Assembly (NCBI GenBank): GCA_002420425.1
Contig: DIIC01000043.1
Coordinates: forward strand, 26,989 to 90,988
From: Proteobacteria bacterium UBA5680
Lineage (GTDB): Bacteria > Pseudomonadota > Gammaproteobacteria > Arenicellales > UBA5680
Reading direction: 5' to 3'
Length of the DNA: 64,000 nucleotides
Below the pieces are notes generated by a model. The model saw only the letters and a list, made by a program, of their open reading frames with translations, was not told where the DNA came from and did not search any database. A program made the position numbers and the translations under genes. Positions 1-9,251 of the stretch are shown here, one piece after another. Numbering within the stretch: position 1 is the stretch's first letter; each line of letters begins with the position of its first letter.

Positions 1-159
1 AACGCCTTTTTAGGATCATCCGGCAACAACAAGAGCCACTTTCAGGAAGCACCAGCCCCTATACTACTGGCCATAACCTTTACTGCCGCCGGGTGTCTGT
101 TCTTATTCTTCTGGCCGGATACACTCTATCAACTGGCAAGCTCTATCCACCTCCCTTAA
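1..159 (+). CDS. 3' end of a membrane protein gene entering from upstream, probably another NuoN/MnhD-type antiporter-like subunit (partial)
   Basis: Frame 1 is open from base 1 to TAA at 157-159. The tail ...APAPILLAITFTAAGCLFLFFWPDTLYQLASSIHLP* is a terminal TM helix resembling NuoN/MnhD C-termini. It is absent from the ORF track because no start codon lies in the window. Confidence 0.3.
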   Translation, partial: NAFLGSSGNNKSHFQEAPAPILLAITFTAAGCLFLFFWPDTLYQLASSIHLP

Positions 160-173
160 CCATCGATCAACAA

Positions 174-440
174 ATGAATCAACATAAAGAGACCTCTTTA
201 AACCCTAACGACTCCTCCCACTCCAGCAGGCTGAGATGGGGGATCGGACTGTTTTTTATGTTGTGTGCAGGTCTGGTTCTGGCTGACTTCATCTTCCACC
301 GTCATACTATTCACCCCTGGGAGACACTCTGGGGCTTTTATGCCCTGTTTGGTTTTGTAGCCTGCGTCCTGCTTGTCCTGATTGCCAAAGTGATGCGGCT
401 TTTTCTGATGCGAAGTGAAGACTATTATGATAATCGCTGA
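174..440 (+). CDS. small 2-TM membrane protein of unknown function inside the antiporter-like cluster
   Basis: The ORF track gives 93..440. ATG at 174 is the more plausible start because it lies after the upstream stop. There are two hydrophobic helices (GIGLFFMLCAGLVLADFIF and FYALFGFVACVLLVLIAKVM). The 3' end overlaps the next gene. Confidence 0.4.
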   Translation: MNQHKETSLNPNDSSHSSRLRWGIGLFFMLCAGLVLADFIFHRHTIHPWETLWGFYALFGFVACVLLVLIAKVMRLFLMRSEDYYDNR

Positions 441-2121
441 TCTCCATCCGGGACTTCCTTTCTTCCTTGGCGCTCTAGTGGTGCTGGTGACCCCTCTTCG
501 TTATCGCTGGATCCCCCTTCTCCTCACCCCCCTCCTTGGATTCATCAATCTAATGGGATGGGAACTCGGTACAACCACTGAACTCACTTTTCTTGGGTTT
601 ACACTAAACCCTGTGAGGGTTGACCGGCTGAGTTATCTCTTTGGGATCCTGTTTCATATTGCCGCATTTTTGGGGATTCTTTTTTCACTCCATCTCAAGG
701 ACCGGATGCAGCATATTGCCGGGCTCTGCTATGCTGGCAGTGCAATAGGGGCCGTATTTGCTGGAGATCTTCTTACCCTGTTTATCTTCTGGGAACTCCT
801 TGCCCTAACTTCATCACTGCTCATATTTGCTCGTCGGGAACCTCGTGCCTTCCGTTCAGGAACCCGTTACCTGATTTTTCAGGTGGGTTCGGGAGTCCTC
901 CTTCTGGCCGGGACCATTGTCTATTTCAACGACTCATCCTCCCTTCTGTTTGAGCATATTGGCCTTACATCAACGGCGGGCTGGCTTATCTTTCTCGCCT
1001 TCGGCATCAAGAGCGCCTTCCCGCTCCTCCATAACTGGTTAACAGATGCCTACCCGGAAGCGACACCCACAGGCACGGTATTTTTAAGCGCATTCACCAC
1101 CAAGGTTGCCGTTTACGCTTTGGCAAGGGGTTTTCCCGGGACTGAACTGCTGATCTACATCGGTGTCACCATGACCTGTTTCCCGATCTTCTATGCTGTT
1201 ATCGAAAATGATCTTCGTCGTGTCCTTGCTTACAGCATGATCAACCAGATCGGTTTTATGATCTGTGGGATCGGGATTGGGACAGAACTCGCCATTAATG
1301 GTGCTATCTCACATGCATTTAATGATGTTATTTTTAAAAGTCTATTGATGATGACGATGGGAGCAGTCCTGTTCAGAACCGGCAAAATCAATGGTTCCGA
1401 TCTTGGTGGACTCTATAAAAGCATGCCCAAAACAGCCGCATTCTGCCTCATTGGTGCAGCATCAATTTCGGCATTTCCTCTCTTTAGCGGGTTTGTCAGT
1501 AAATCAATGGTCATGGCCGCTGCCCTGGAAGAGGGCTATCACTGGGTATGGATCGGTTTGCTCTTTGCTTCGGCAGGGGTATTCCATCATGCAGGGATCA
1601 AAATTCCCTTCTTCGCTTTTTTCTCACACGATGCCGGAATCAGGGTGAAGGAAGCACCAACAAATATGTTGTTTGCCATGGGGCTGGCCGCACTCTTGTG
1701 TATCGGGATCGGCAGTTACCCCTGGATTCTCTATGATCTTCTTCCTTTTCCAGTAAGCTATCTCCCGTTTGATAACACCCATGTTATCGCCCAGTTACAG
1801 CTTCTCTTTTTCTCTGCTCTTGCCTTTGTCTGGCTTAAACTTTCCGGCATCTATCCTCCCGAACTGAGGTCAATAAATCTTGATTTTGAGTGGGTATACC
1901 GAAAGCTGGTGCCCACCCAATTCAGCAACCTGGTCTCCGCTTATCAACGCTTCGCAGAGATCGCCCACCGGCTGTGGGTCTATTCATCTCGAAGACTGGA
2001 GGTTGCCGGACGCCGACTCCATGGGCCCGATGGCCAACTCAGCAAAACATGGATGACGGGAAGCATGATCGTGATCGTGCTGCTGACACTGAGCGCTGTT
2101 TTACTGAAAAACTTGCTTTAG
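415..2121 (+). CDS. monovalent cation/H+ antiporter subunit D-like protein (NuoN/MrpD proton-conducting membrane subunit family)
   Basis: A 568-aa polytopic protein with a core typical of the complex I antiporter-like family (e.g. LHNWLTDAYPEATPTGTVFLSAFTTKVAVYAL). The start is GTG 415 or ATG 427. The C-terminus carries an extra amphipathic segment plus a final TM helix. Confidence 0.85.
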   Translation: MKTIMIIADLHPGLPFFLGALVVLVTPLRYRWIPLLLTPLLGFINLMGWELGTTTELTFLGFTLNPVRVDRLSYLFGILFHIAAFLGILFSLHLKDRMQHIAGLCYAGSAIGAVFAGDLLTLFIFWELLALTSSLLIFARREPRAFRSGTRYLIFQVGSGVLLLAGTIVYFNDSSSLLFEHIGLTSTAGWLIFLAFGIKSAFPLLHNWLTDAYPEATPTGTVFLSAFTTKVAVYALARGFPGTELLIYIGVTMTCFPIFYAVIENDLRRVLAYSMINQIGFMICGIGIGTELAINGAISHAFNDVIFKSLLMMTMGAVLFRTGKINGSDLGGLYKSMPKTAAFCLIGAASISAFPLFSGFVSKSMVMAAALEEGYHWVWIGLLFASAGVFHHAGIKIPFFAFFSHDAGIRVKEAPTNMLFAMGLAALLCIGIGSYPWILYDLLPFPVSYLPFDNTHVIAQLQLLFFSALAFVWLKLSGIYPPELRSINLDFEWVYRKLVPTQFSNLVSAYQRFAEIAHRLWVYSSRRLEVAGRRLHGPDGQLSKTWMTGSMIVIVLLTLSAVLLKNLL

Positions 2122-2154
2122 CCTGCCCACACACTGCGCTTTTGATAAACCACT

Positions 2155-2856
2155 CTATCTCCAGAGTGGCTCTTCGTCTGAATCCTGTTCAAGCTTCTTT
2201 ATCCACTCATTATGTGCATCAAGCTCATTTTGATCGGGATAGATGACTTTTGTTTTTGTTTGCACCCCAGCCAAACTCTGATTGTTGTTTTTAGCGGTTG
2301 AGAGGGAACCGGAATCAAGCTCAGGAAGCAGGCTGGTCTGCCCCCCGGTCATGACCAGGTAGACCTCTGCCAGGATCTGAGAATCCAGCATTGCACCATG
2401 AAGCACCCTGGATGAATTATCGATCTCGTAGCGTTTGCACAGGGCGTCCAGACTGCATCGCTGACCTGGGTGGAGTTGTCGTGCAAGAGCAAGCGTATCC
2501 AGCACACTGCAGATTGATCCGATTCCGGGAAAATCCGGCCTGATCAGTTTCAATTCAGCATCTAGAAAACCAGCATCAAAATCGGCATTATGGATAATCA
2601 GTTCCGCCCCCTCCAGATAGTCGATCAGGGCCCCGGAAATTTCAGCAAACCGAGGTTTATCCTCTAGATAAGAGGTCGTTATGCCATGGACTTTTTCAGC
2701 TGCTTGATCGATCTCTCGATCAGGATTGATATAAGTCTGGTAGGTTGAACCCGTGATTCGACGGTCTACCAGTTCAACACAACCAATCTCAATAATCCTG
2801 TGGCCTTGCGTTACTTCAAGTCCTGTGGTCTCAGTATCGAGAACAATCTGACGCAT
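2155..2856 (-). CDS. dnaQ: DNA polymerase III epsilon subunit (3'-5' proofreading exonuclease)
   Basis: Exo motifs VLDTETTGL, IIHNADFDAGFL and HGAMLDSQILAEVY. ATG at 2856 is preceded by GAGGAGTCAGGAG. The ORF-track TTG at 2871 is probably an over-extension. Confidence 0.95.
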   Translation of the reverse strand: MRQIVLDTETTGLEVTQGHRIIEIGCVELVDRRITGSTYQTYINPDREIDQAAEKVHGITTSYLEDKPRFAEISGALIDYLEGAELIIHNADFDAGFLDAELKLIRPDFPGIGSICSVLDTLALARQLHPGQRCSLDALCKRYEIDNSSRVLHGAMLDSQILAEVYLVMTGGQTSLLPELDSGSLSTAKNNNQSLAGVQTKTKVIYPDQNELDAHNEWIKKLEQDSDEEPLWR

Positions 2857-2867
2857 CTCCTGACTCC

Positions 2868-3320
2868 TCAATCATCTTGTTTTTCTAGATATTCATCAAT
2901 TGCACGATTGGCCAAAGCATCCGCATGCTCATTACCGGGGTGCCCGGTATGGCCTTTCACCCACTTCCACTTAACCGTATGTTGAGAGGCCAAATCATCA
3001 AGCCTCTGCCATAGATCTTTGTTTTTAACAGGCTTTCGAGAGCTGGTTTTCCATCCTTTTAGTTTCCACTGTTTGAGCCACTCGGTTATCCCTCTTCGGA
3101 CATATTGGGAATCTGTCACCAGGGTGACCCTGCAATGTTGATTTAGGGCCTCAAGACCCTTAATTGCCGCGGTGAGTTCCATCCGGTTATTAGTTGTTTC
3201 TAACGCTGCTCCAAAGAGTTCACGTTGATGGCCCCCACTGGAGAGCAATGCCCCCCAGCCACCAATGCCAGGGTTTCCCCGGCAGGCCCCATCAGTATGG
3301 ATAGTCACACTTTTCATCAA
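2868..3320 (-). CDS. rnhA: ribonuclease HI
   Basis: Motifs [22 protein letters not shown] and [16 protein letters not shown]. It sits next to dnaQ as in E. coli. Confidence 0.95.
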   Translation of the reverse strand: MMKSVTIHTDGACRGNPGIGGWGALLSSGGHQRELFGAALETTNNRMELTAAIKGLEALNQHCRVTLVTDSQYVRRGITEWLKQWKLKGWKTSSRKPVKNKDLWQRLDDLASQHTVKWKWVKGHTGHPGNEHADALANRAIDEYLEKQDD

Positions 3321-3376
3321 TAAAAATCCTTCAGCTCCTGGTGTCTGAACAGGGACCTGCCCAAATCAACACCTCT

Positions 3377-4102
3377 TTAACTTTTTGCCATCGTCCCGGC
3401 ATAACCCGTTGCCAAACGACGATGACGGGATTTTCGTTGCCCCTGTGGTCGCACCCCGAGTTCTCTCTTTCGGGCAATAATCAGATAGACCGCAGCCATC
3501 CCAGGCCACCACCGGGCGCCCGCAACTTCCAGAAAACCCAACCTGTCGCGAATCCCCCATGAGACAGTCGGGAGACGATACTCCATTAATGAGGCTGAAA
3601 CGATCTCCAAATCCAGAAGAGACATCCAATCCTGAACCCTTCTGGGAGAAAAATAATTGGCATTCCAGGGTGGGGTTTTACGCCACTGTCGGGTCCAACG
3701 CCACCCTCCCCAAAGGCTATACGGGTTAAGCCCAGTCAGGGCAACAAGACCCTCGGGCACCAATATTTCGACAACCTCTCTTAAAAGCTGATGGGGATGG
3801 GGACTAAAATCCAGAGTATGAGGCAACAATACCAGATCACTGCTTCGTGATCCGAAAGGGAGCGCAGATCCTTCGGCTATCACCTTAAGGCCGTTAAGTT
3901 CACGCGGCAGTTCAATATCCACCAGAACACAACGTTCACAATCGATAAGGTCTACAAACTCCGGCGTTCCACTGCATCCAATCTGAAGGGTGACTGGGAA
4001 ATAGCGATCAGGCAGCATCGCACTAAGTTGACCGCGCTCAGCCTTCATCAGGTCCCTTCCAAGCCTGGAGTTAAACCATCTGTAGGGGGATCGTTCAGAC
4101 AT
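3377..4102 (-). CDS. class I SAM-dependent methyltransferase (YafS-like)
   Basis: Methyltransf_11-like pattern (LQIGCSG ... LPFGSRSSDLVLLPHTLDF). Its position upstream of rnhA-dnaQ matches E. coli yafS. Confidence 0.7.
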   Translation of the reverse strand: MSERSPYRWFNSRLGRDLMKAERGQLSAMLPDRYFPVTLQIGCSGTPEFVDLIDCERCVLVDIELPRELNGLKVIAEGSALPFGSRSSDLVLLPHTLDFSPHPHQLLREVVEILVPEGLVALTGLNPYSLWGGWRWTRQWRKTPPWNANYFSPRRVQDWMSLLDLEIVSASLMEYRLPTVSWGIRDRLGFLEVAGARWWPGMAAVYLIIARKRELGVRPQGQRKSRHRRLATGYAGTMAKS

Positions 4103-4549
4103 CCTCTGTCGCCACCGGTCTCAAATCTTATTTGCAGAGTGTAAAGGATACGACAGTGTGGGTAGAGAAAAAAGCACAATAACAGACAATTGTTTTTCTA
4201 TTCCAAATAGTTATAACTCGTGATCCGCTGGTAAACAGATTATGCCAGTGGTGTGGGACTGTTCACTGGTTTAGGGTATACCGTGAGGTCTATTAAGCTC
4301 ATGGTTTTTATCTGATCACACAATCAATGGGTCCGGTAGCGAACGGCCGAATAGGTTATCGATGCCAGGGGTTGTAAGCGTTGATGTTGGCATCCTGGAT
4401 CTCAGTGGCAATGGTATGGCAGCGGAGCGTTTCAGATCGATGCCGGGTGGCAGAGATCATCCTGATTTGGGTTTGATTTGATTAAAACCGCGACCAGCGG
4501 CTAATTCGAATTGACCTCAAAACCTGTGACACTTACCATCTAGCCCACC

Positions 4550-6280
4550 ATGGCTGACCACACCCAAAACAGATGTTCAACAACCCTTAAGGGGGTTCTT
4601 CTCATCCTTCCCCTCATTCTGGGAGGGTGTACTCTGACGACCATTCAGTCAGAGTCCAGTTTACCGCTGAAAAAACCTACAGAGCCCGCGATACAATCAG
4701 TCGAGAAGGAAGCCAGCCCTGAAATTAAATCTGTAGTTGCAAAACCCCAATCAGAGGAGGAGCTGGCTACCACAACAATGGCTGCGCACCCGGATGTCGA
4801 CAACAAAGAAGAGCCCTTTTCAATAACTACACTCTTTACCAGCTCTTTTTGGAATCCCCCCCCAAAAAAGCAGACACTGGAAACACTCGCACTGGCAGAA
4901 CCTCCCGTCTATCAAGATATCTGGGAACGAATCCGAGCCGGTATGAAACTCCCTAAACTCAATAGTCCCTATCTTCAACACCAAGAGCAGTGGTATGCCA
5001 AACGACCTGATTATGTATTGCGACTGACCGAGCGCGCCAGGCGATATCTTTTCCATATTGTTGAAGAGGTTGAACGCCGGAATATGCCAATGGAAATTGC
5101 ACTCCTTCCTGCCATTGAGAGTGCTTTCCGCCCCAGTGCCTATTCCCGGGCTCGAGCGGCAGGGCTGTGGCAGTTTATACCCAGCACTGGTCGCAAATTC
5201 GGGCTTAAACAGAACTGGTGGTATGAGGGGCGCCGGGATGTTGTGGCGGCAACAGATGCGGCTCTTAACTACCTTGAATATCTGCATAAGTTATTTAAAG
5301 GGGATTGGTTTCTTGCCCTTGCCTCCTACAATGCCGGTGAATCGCGAGTGGGTAGAGCGGTCCGCTATAATCGCAAACATGGCCGTCTCGCAACCTACGA
5401 ACATCTTAAACTAGCTTCTGAAACAAAGAATTATATCCCTAAGTTAGTGGCTTTTAGCAAGATCATTGCTGATCCGGACAGCTTTGGTATCACCCTGGCA
5501 ACGATACCCAATGAGCCCTATTTTAAATCTGTTGATGTAGGCTCACAGATTGACCTTGGAATTGCGGCGACGATGACCGGAATCCAGCACAAGGAACTTT
5601 CGGCCCTTAATCCGGCCTTCAGTCGCTGGGCTACAGACCCCGCCGGCCCCCATCATCTACTCCTGCCTGTTGCCCAGGCTGACAATATGGAGACCGCCCT
5701 AAAAGCACTACCCATGAGCAAGCGAATGCGATGGGCCCGACACAAAATTCGTGGCGGGGAGAGTCTTAGCGTTATCGCCAGACAATACAATATCCCGATA
5801 AATTCCATAAAGAGCGCCAACCGACTTACAAGCGATCTGATTCGTGAAGGCAAACACCTGCTTATTCCACTCTCTGGCCAGCGTTATGCCACTACAGCAA
5901 TGTTGAACAACCAAACCCCGCCGATCAAGATCTCTCAGCCGATCACCTATAAGGTTCATCGGGGAGATTCTCTGTGGAAAATTGCCAGACGGTATGGATC
6001 GTCAATTGAGAGCATCAAAAAGGCAAACAACCTTACCAAAACCCTGATTAAGCCAGGAATGCGTCTAACCATTCCGGCAAAATCTGCTACTCGCCAGGCA
6101 GCAAAAAATAACTCTCAGCCCGCCCTGACGAAGCAGACACATAAAGTTCGCAGAGGAGATTCACTCTGGAAGATTGCAAAGAAATATCGAGTGCAAATAG
6201 CCCAGCTCACTAAATGGAACCGTATCAATAAAAAGGCCCTTCTCATGCCTGGACAAAAACTTGTGGTCTATACGCGTTGA
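4550..6280 (+). CDS. mltD: membrane-bound lytic murein transglycosylase D with three LysM repeats
   Basis: Lipoprotein-like N-terminus (LILGGCT). SLT catalytic region ESAFRPSAYSRARAAGLWQFIPSTG ... AYNAGESRV. Three LysM units (GGESLSVIARQYN, RGDSLWKIARRYG, RGDSLWKIAKKYR). Confidence 0.85.
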   Translation: MADHTQNRCSTTLKGVLLILPLILGGCTLTTIQSESSLPLKKPTEPAIQSVEKEASPEIKSVVAKPQSEEELATTTMAAHPDVDNKEEPFSITTLFTSSFWNPPPKKQTLETLALAEPPVYQDIWERIRAGMKLPKLNSPYLQHQEQWYAKRPDYVLRLTERARRYLFHIVEEVERRNMPMEIALLPAIESAFRPSAYSRARAAGLWQFIPSTGRKFGLKQNWWYEGRRDVVAATDAALNYLEYLHKLFKGDWFLALASYNAGESRVGRAVRYNRKHGRLATYEHLKLASETKNYIPKLVAFSKIIADPDSFGITLATIPNEPYFKSVDVGSQIDLGIAATMTGIQHKELSALNPAFSRWATDPAGPHHLLLPVAQADNMETALKALPMSKRMRWARHKIRGGESLSVIARQYNIPINSIKSANRLTSDLIREGKHLLIPLSGQRYATTAMLNNQTPPIKISQPITYKVHRGDSLWKIARRYGSSIESIKKANNLTKTLIKPGMRLTIPAKSATRQAAKNNSQPALTKQTHKVRRGDSLWKIAKKYRVQIAQLTKWNRINKKALLMPGQKLVVYTR

Positions 6281-6310
6281 TCGCTGGCAGGGTAATCATC
6301 ACCTGATGAA

Positions 6311-6748
6311 TCAATGATCAAGAGAACGCTCCATAACAAGTGCATCCTCTCTATCCTCACTACCTTGGTAGTACCCTATTCTTCTCCCGACCTGTTTAAA
6401 AAAGAAACGGGTGTAAAGCCTGCTGGCAGATGCATTTGACTCCCTCACCTCAAGGAAGAGTTGCCTCGCCCCATCAGTTCTTGCCTGGGTAATCATATGT
6501 TGCAACAACTGCGCTCCAATCCCCTGTGATCGAAATTTTGAATCTACCGTAAGGTTTAGAATTTCAGCCTCATCGGAATGAGAAGTCATGAGTGCATACC
6601 CTCTGACTTTAGAGGGCTGGTCCTCACTGACTGCAACAACGACATGGTTTCGTGCCTGCAGGCACTCTCGAAAAAGTTGGAGTGGCCAGGGGAACTGATA
6701 AGCGTCGTCTTCAATCTGCCCCACTTGGGAAAGATCAGCGGAGATCAT
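6311..6748 (-). CDS. rimI: ribosomal-protein-alanine N-acetyltransferase (GNAT)
   Basis: GNAT core (QGIGAQLLQHMI). RimI-like N-terminus MISADLSQVGQIEDDAYQFPWP from ATG 6748. The ORF track extends it to 6778. Confidence 0.75.
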   Translation of the reverse strand: MISADLSQVGQIEDDAYQFPWPLQLFRECLQARNHVVVAVSEDQPSKVRGYALMTSHSDEAEILNLTVDSKFRSQGIGAQLLQHMITQARTDGARQLFLEVRESNASASRLYTRFFFKQVGRRIGYYQGSEDREDALVMERSLDH

Positions 6749-6794
6749 CAATCGTACTGAAAACAGAAAACCCCCCACCGATCACCTCAAGGTT

Positions 6795-7463
6795 TTATTT
6801 GCTTTCCTCTAATGCCAAAAGGAGATCCTGCCAGGCTTTTCGTTTCTCCCCTGGTGAACGAAGAAGATAAGCAGGATGGTAAGTGACAACAAGAGGAACA
6901 GAGGAATCACCATAATGGTGGACATGACCACGCAACTGGCTAATCGGCAAATTGGTTTCCAATAGCGCCTGTGCAGCAAAACGACCCATTGCAATAATGA
7001 TTTTTGGCTTTATAAGGGCAATCTGATGAAAAAGAAAAGGCAGACACCGGGTAACTTCTTCTCCCATCGGGTCTCGATTTCCAGGTGGACGGCATTTAAG
7101 AACATTGGCGATATAGACCTCGTTGCGCTCAAAACCGATTGCCAACAACATAGCATCGAGCAGTTTGCCTGCTCTGCCAACAAACGGAAGACCCAGTCTG
7201 TCTTCCTCCGCTCCGGGCGCCTCACCGACAAAAAGCCAATCGGCACTCTTGTCACCTACTCCAAAAACAGGCTGTTTCCGATTGGTGTTGAGCGGACACT
7301 GGAGACAGGAGAGAACCTGGTTTTCAAGGCTCCCCCATTCGCTCTCTTCCGATTGAGGCAATCTTTGGCCCTCTGTGTGATCAACCGGCGAGAGGTGGCG
7401 TTCGCTCCAACTCTGGATACCCATTCTTTGAAGGTAGAGTTGTCGACGTTGACTCAGGTTCAT
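6795..7463 (-). CDS. uracil-DNA glycosylase, family 4
   Basis: Motifs GEAPGAEEDRLGLPFVGRAGKLL and HPAYLLR. Its ATG overlaps the leuA stop by 1 nt (TAATG). Confidence 0.85.
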   Translation of the reverse strand: MNLSQRRQLYLQRMGIQSWSERHLSPVDHTEGQRLPQSEESEWGSLENQVLSCLQCPLNTNRKQPVFGVGDKSADWLFVGEAPGAEEDRLGLPFVGRAGKLLDAMLLAIGFERNEVYIANVLKCRPPGNRDPMGEEVTRCLPFLFHQIALIKPKIIIAMGRFAAQALLETNLPISQLRGHVHHYGDSSVPLVVTYHPAYLLRSPGEKRKAWQDLLLALEESK

Positions 7464-9010
7464 TAAATCAGGGTATCCGTCTGTGGGTGACGACGGTCAT
7501 TGATGTCAACAAGCCGATTAAGCCCATTGAGGTAGGCCTTCGCAGATGCGATAACAATGTCCGTATCGGCCCCATGTCCATTGACAAAACGGCCATCCTG
7601 TTCAAGCCGCACCGAGACCTCGCCCTGGGCATCTGTACCGCTGGTGATGGCATTGACCGAGTAGAGCTGAAGATGGCACTCTATATCAACCATCTGATCT
7701 ATCGCTTTAAATGCCGCATCGACAGGCCCACTTCCAGTCGCCTTGGCAGAATGCTCCACTCCAGCTATTGATATAGTCAGCTCTGCACGAGGTGTCTCAC
7801 CCGTCTGAGAGGAGAATTCCATCGCCACCAGTTTGAGTGACTCAGTCGTCTTGCTGCTGCTTACATCAGAGACCAGCGCCTGAAGATCCTCATCAAAAAT
7901 CTCATGCTTCTTGTCAGCGAGGACTTTAAAACGAGAAAACGCCTTATTCAGACTCTCCTCTGTTTTGAATTCATGCCCGAGATCAAGCAATCGCTGACGA
8001 AATGCATTCCTACCGGAGTGTTTTCCCAACACCATTCGGTTAGCGCTCCAGCCCACATCCTCAGCACGCATAATTTCATACGTCTCCCTCTTCTTGATCA
8101 CCCCATCCTGATGAATACCAGACTCATGGGCAAAAGCATTTGCACCTACGATAGCCTTGTTGGGCTGAACCGGAAAACCTGTTACCGAGGCAACAAGTCG
8201 ACTCGCGGGTACGATTTGGGTGGCATCAAGACAAGTATCACAAGAAAAAAGATCACGACGGGTACGGACTGCCATCACCACCTCTTCAAGAGAGGCATTG
8301 CCTGCACGCTCGCCCAACCCATTAATCGTGCATTCAACCTGCCGAGCTCCTGCTCTTACTGCAGCCAGTGAATTGGCTACGGCAAGGCCAAGATCATTGT
8401 GACAATGAACAGACCAGACTGCTTTATCAGCATTAGGAACTCGGTTAATAAGGGTTTCAATCAAGGCGCCGAACTGTTCCGGAACATTGTAACCGACGGT
8501 ATCCGGGATATTGACTGTTGTCGCTCCCGCTTTGATAACTGCTTCTATGATTCTACAAAGGAAATCAGGCTCGGAACGCCCGGCATCTTCAGGAGAAAAT
8601 TCCACATCATCGGTATATTGACATGCGTGCTTTACTGCCCAGACAGCCTGTTCAATGACCTGATCAGGCTCCATTCTCAGCTTCTCTTTCATATGAACGG
8701 GAGAAGTGGCGATAAAAGTATGAATTCGACCTGAGCGAGCAGGCTTTATGGCCTCTGCGACGCTATCGATGTCTCCCTCAACAGCACGGGCAAGGCCTGC
8801 AATGGTGCTCTCGGTTATCGACTCGGCAATATCCTTAACGGCGGAGAAATCACCAGGGCTGGCCGCAGGAAATCCGGCTTCAATAATATCCACCTTCATT
8901 TTCTCAAGCACTTTGGCAATCCTAATTTTTTCTTCAGGGGTCATCGAAGCGCCGGGGCTCTGCTCACCATCTCGTAGTGTGGTATCAAAAATAATCAATT
9001 GGTCATTCAT
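7463..9010 (-). CDS. leuA: 2-isopropylmalate synthase
   Basis: Motifs [27 protein letters not shown] and HESGIHQDG, plus a C-terminal LeuA regulatory domain. Confidence 0.95.
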   Translation of the reverse strand: MNDQLIIFDTTLRDGEQSPGASMTPEEKIRIAKVLEKMKVDIIEAGFPAASPGDFSAVKDIAESITESTIAGLARAVEGDIDSVAEAIKPARSGRIHTFIATSPVHMKEKLRMEPDQVIEQAVWAVKHACQYTDDVEFSPEDAGRSEPDFLCRIIEAVIKAGATTVNIPDTVGYNVPEQFGALIETLINRVPNADKAVWSVHCHNDLGLAVANSLAAVRAGARQVECTINGLGERAGNASLEEVVMAVRTRRDLFSCDTCLDATQIVPASRLVASVTGFPVQPNKAIVGANAFAHESGIHQDGVIKKRETYEIMRAEDVGWSANRMVLGKHSGRNAFRQRLLDLGHEFKTEESLNKAFSRFKVLADKKHEIFDEDLQALVSDVSSSKTTESLKLVAMEFSSQTGETPRAELTISIAGVEHSAKATGSGPVDAAFKAIDQMVDIECHLQLYSVNAITSGTDAQGEVSVRLEQDGRFVNGHGADTDIVIASAKAYLNGLNRLVDINDRRHPQTDTLI

Positions 9011-9026
9011 GGTCTTCTTCCTGCAT

Positions 9027-9077
9027 AGAAAAGATAAAGTATCCTCTTACCTCCATCTTGTTGTCATGGAGAGAGGG
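9027..9077 (-). terminator. candidate attenuator hairpin plus U-tract in the leuA leader
   Basis: Minus-sense CCUCU-CUCCAU-gacaacaag-AUGGAG-gua-AGAGG is followed by AUACUUUAUCUUUUCU. It lies between the leader-ORF stop and the leuA ATG. The stem is AT/GC mixed and carries a 3-nt bulge, so its strength is uncertain. Confidence 0.35.
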
Positions 9078-9103
9078 ATAAAACTAAAGATATGGGAATG
9101 AAA

Positions 9104-9205
9104 TTATAGCGCCAGACGGCGCAGCAGGAGCAGAAGAGTATGCAGGGTCAGCCCCCGACCAGTGGTTGGAGTATTGAGAAGTTTCTGTTCAGATTGGCAG
9201 CTCAT
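9104..9205 (-). CDS. Leu-rich leader peptide upstream of leuA (33 aa)
   Basis: ATG 9205..9203 to TAA 9106..9104 translates to MSCQSEQKLLNTPTTGRGLTLHTLLLLLRRLAL. Eleven of the 33 residues are Leu, including five consecutive Leu codons (CTT CTG CTC CTG CTG). It is shorter than the ORF-track cutoff. The SD is weak. Confidence 0.6.
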   Translation of the reverse strand: MSCQSEQKLLNTPTTGRGLTLHTLLLLLRRLAL

Positions 9206-9251
9206 GCGCTTGAGCTTAGGCAAGCCCGCTTCAGGAGTCAAGGGCAAGTGA

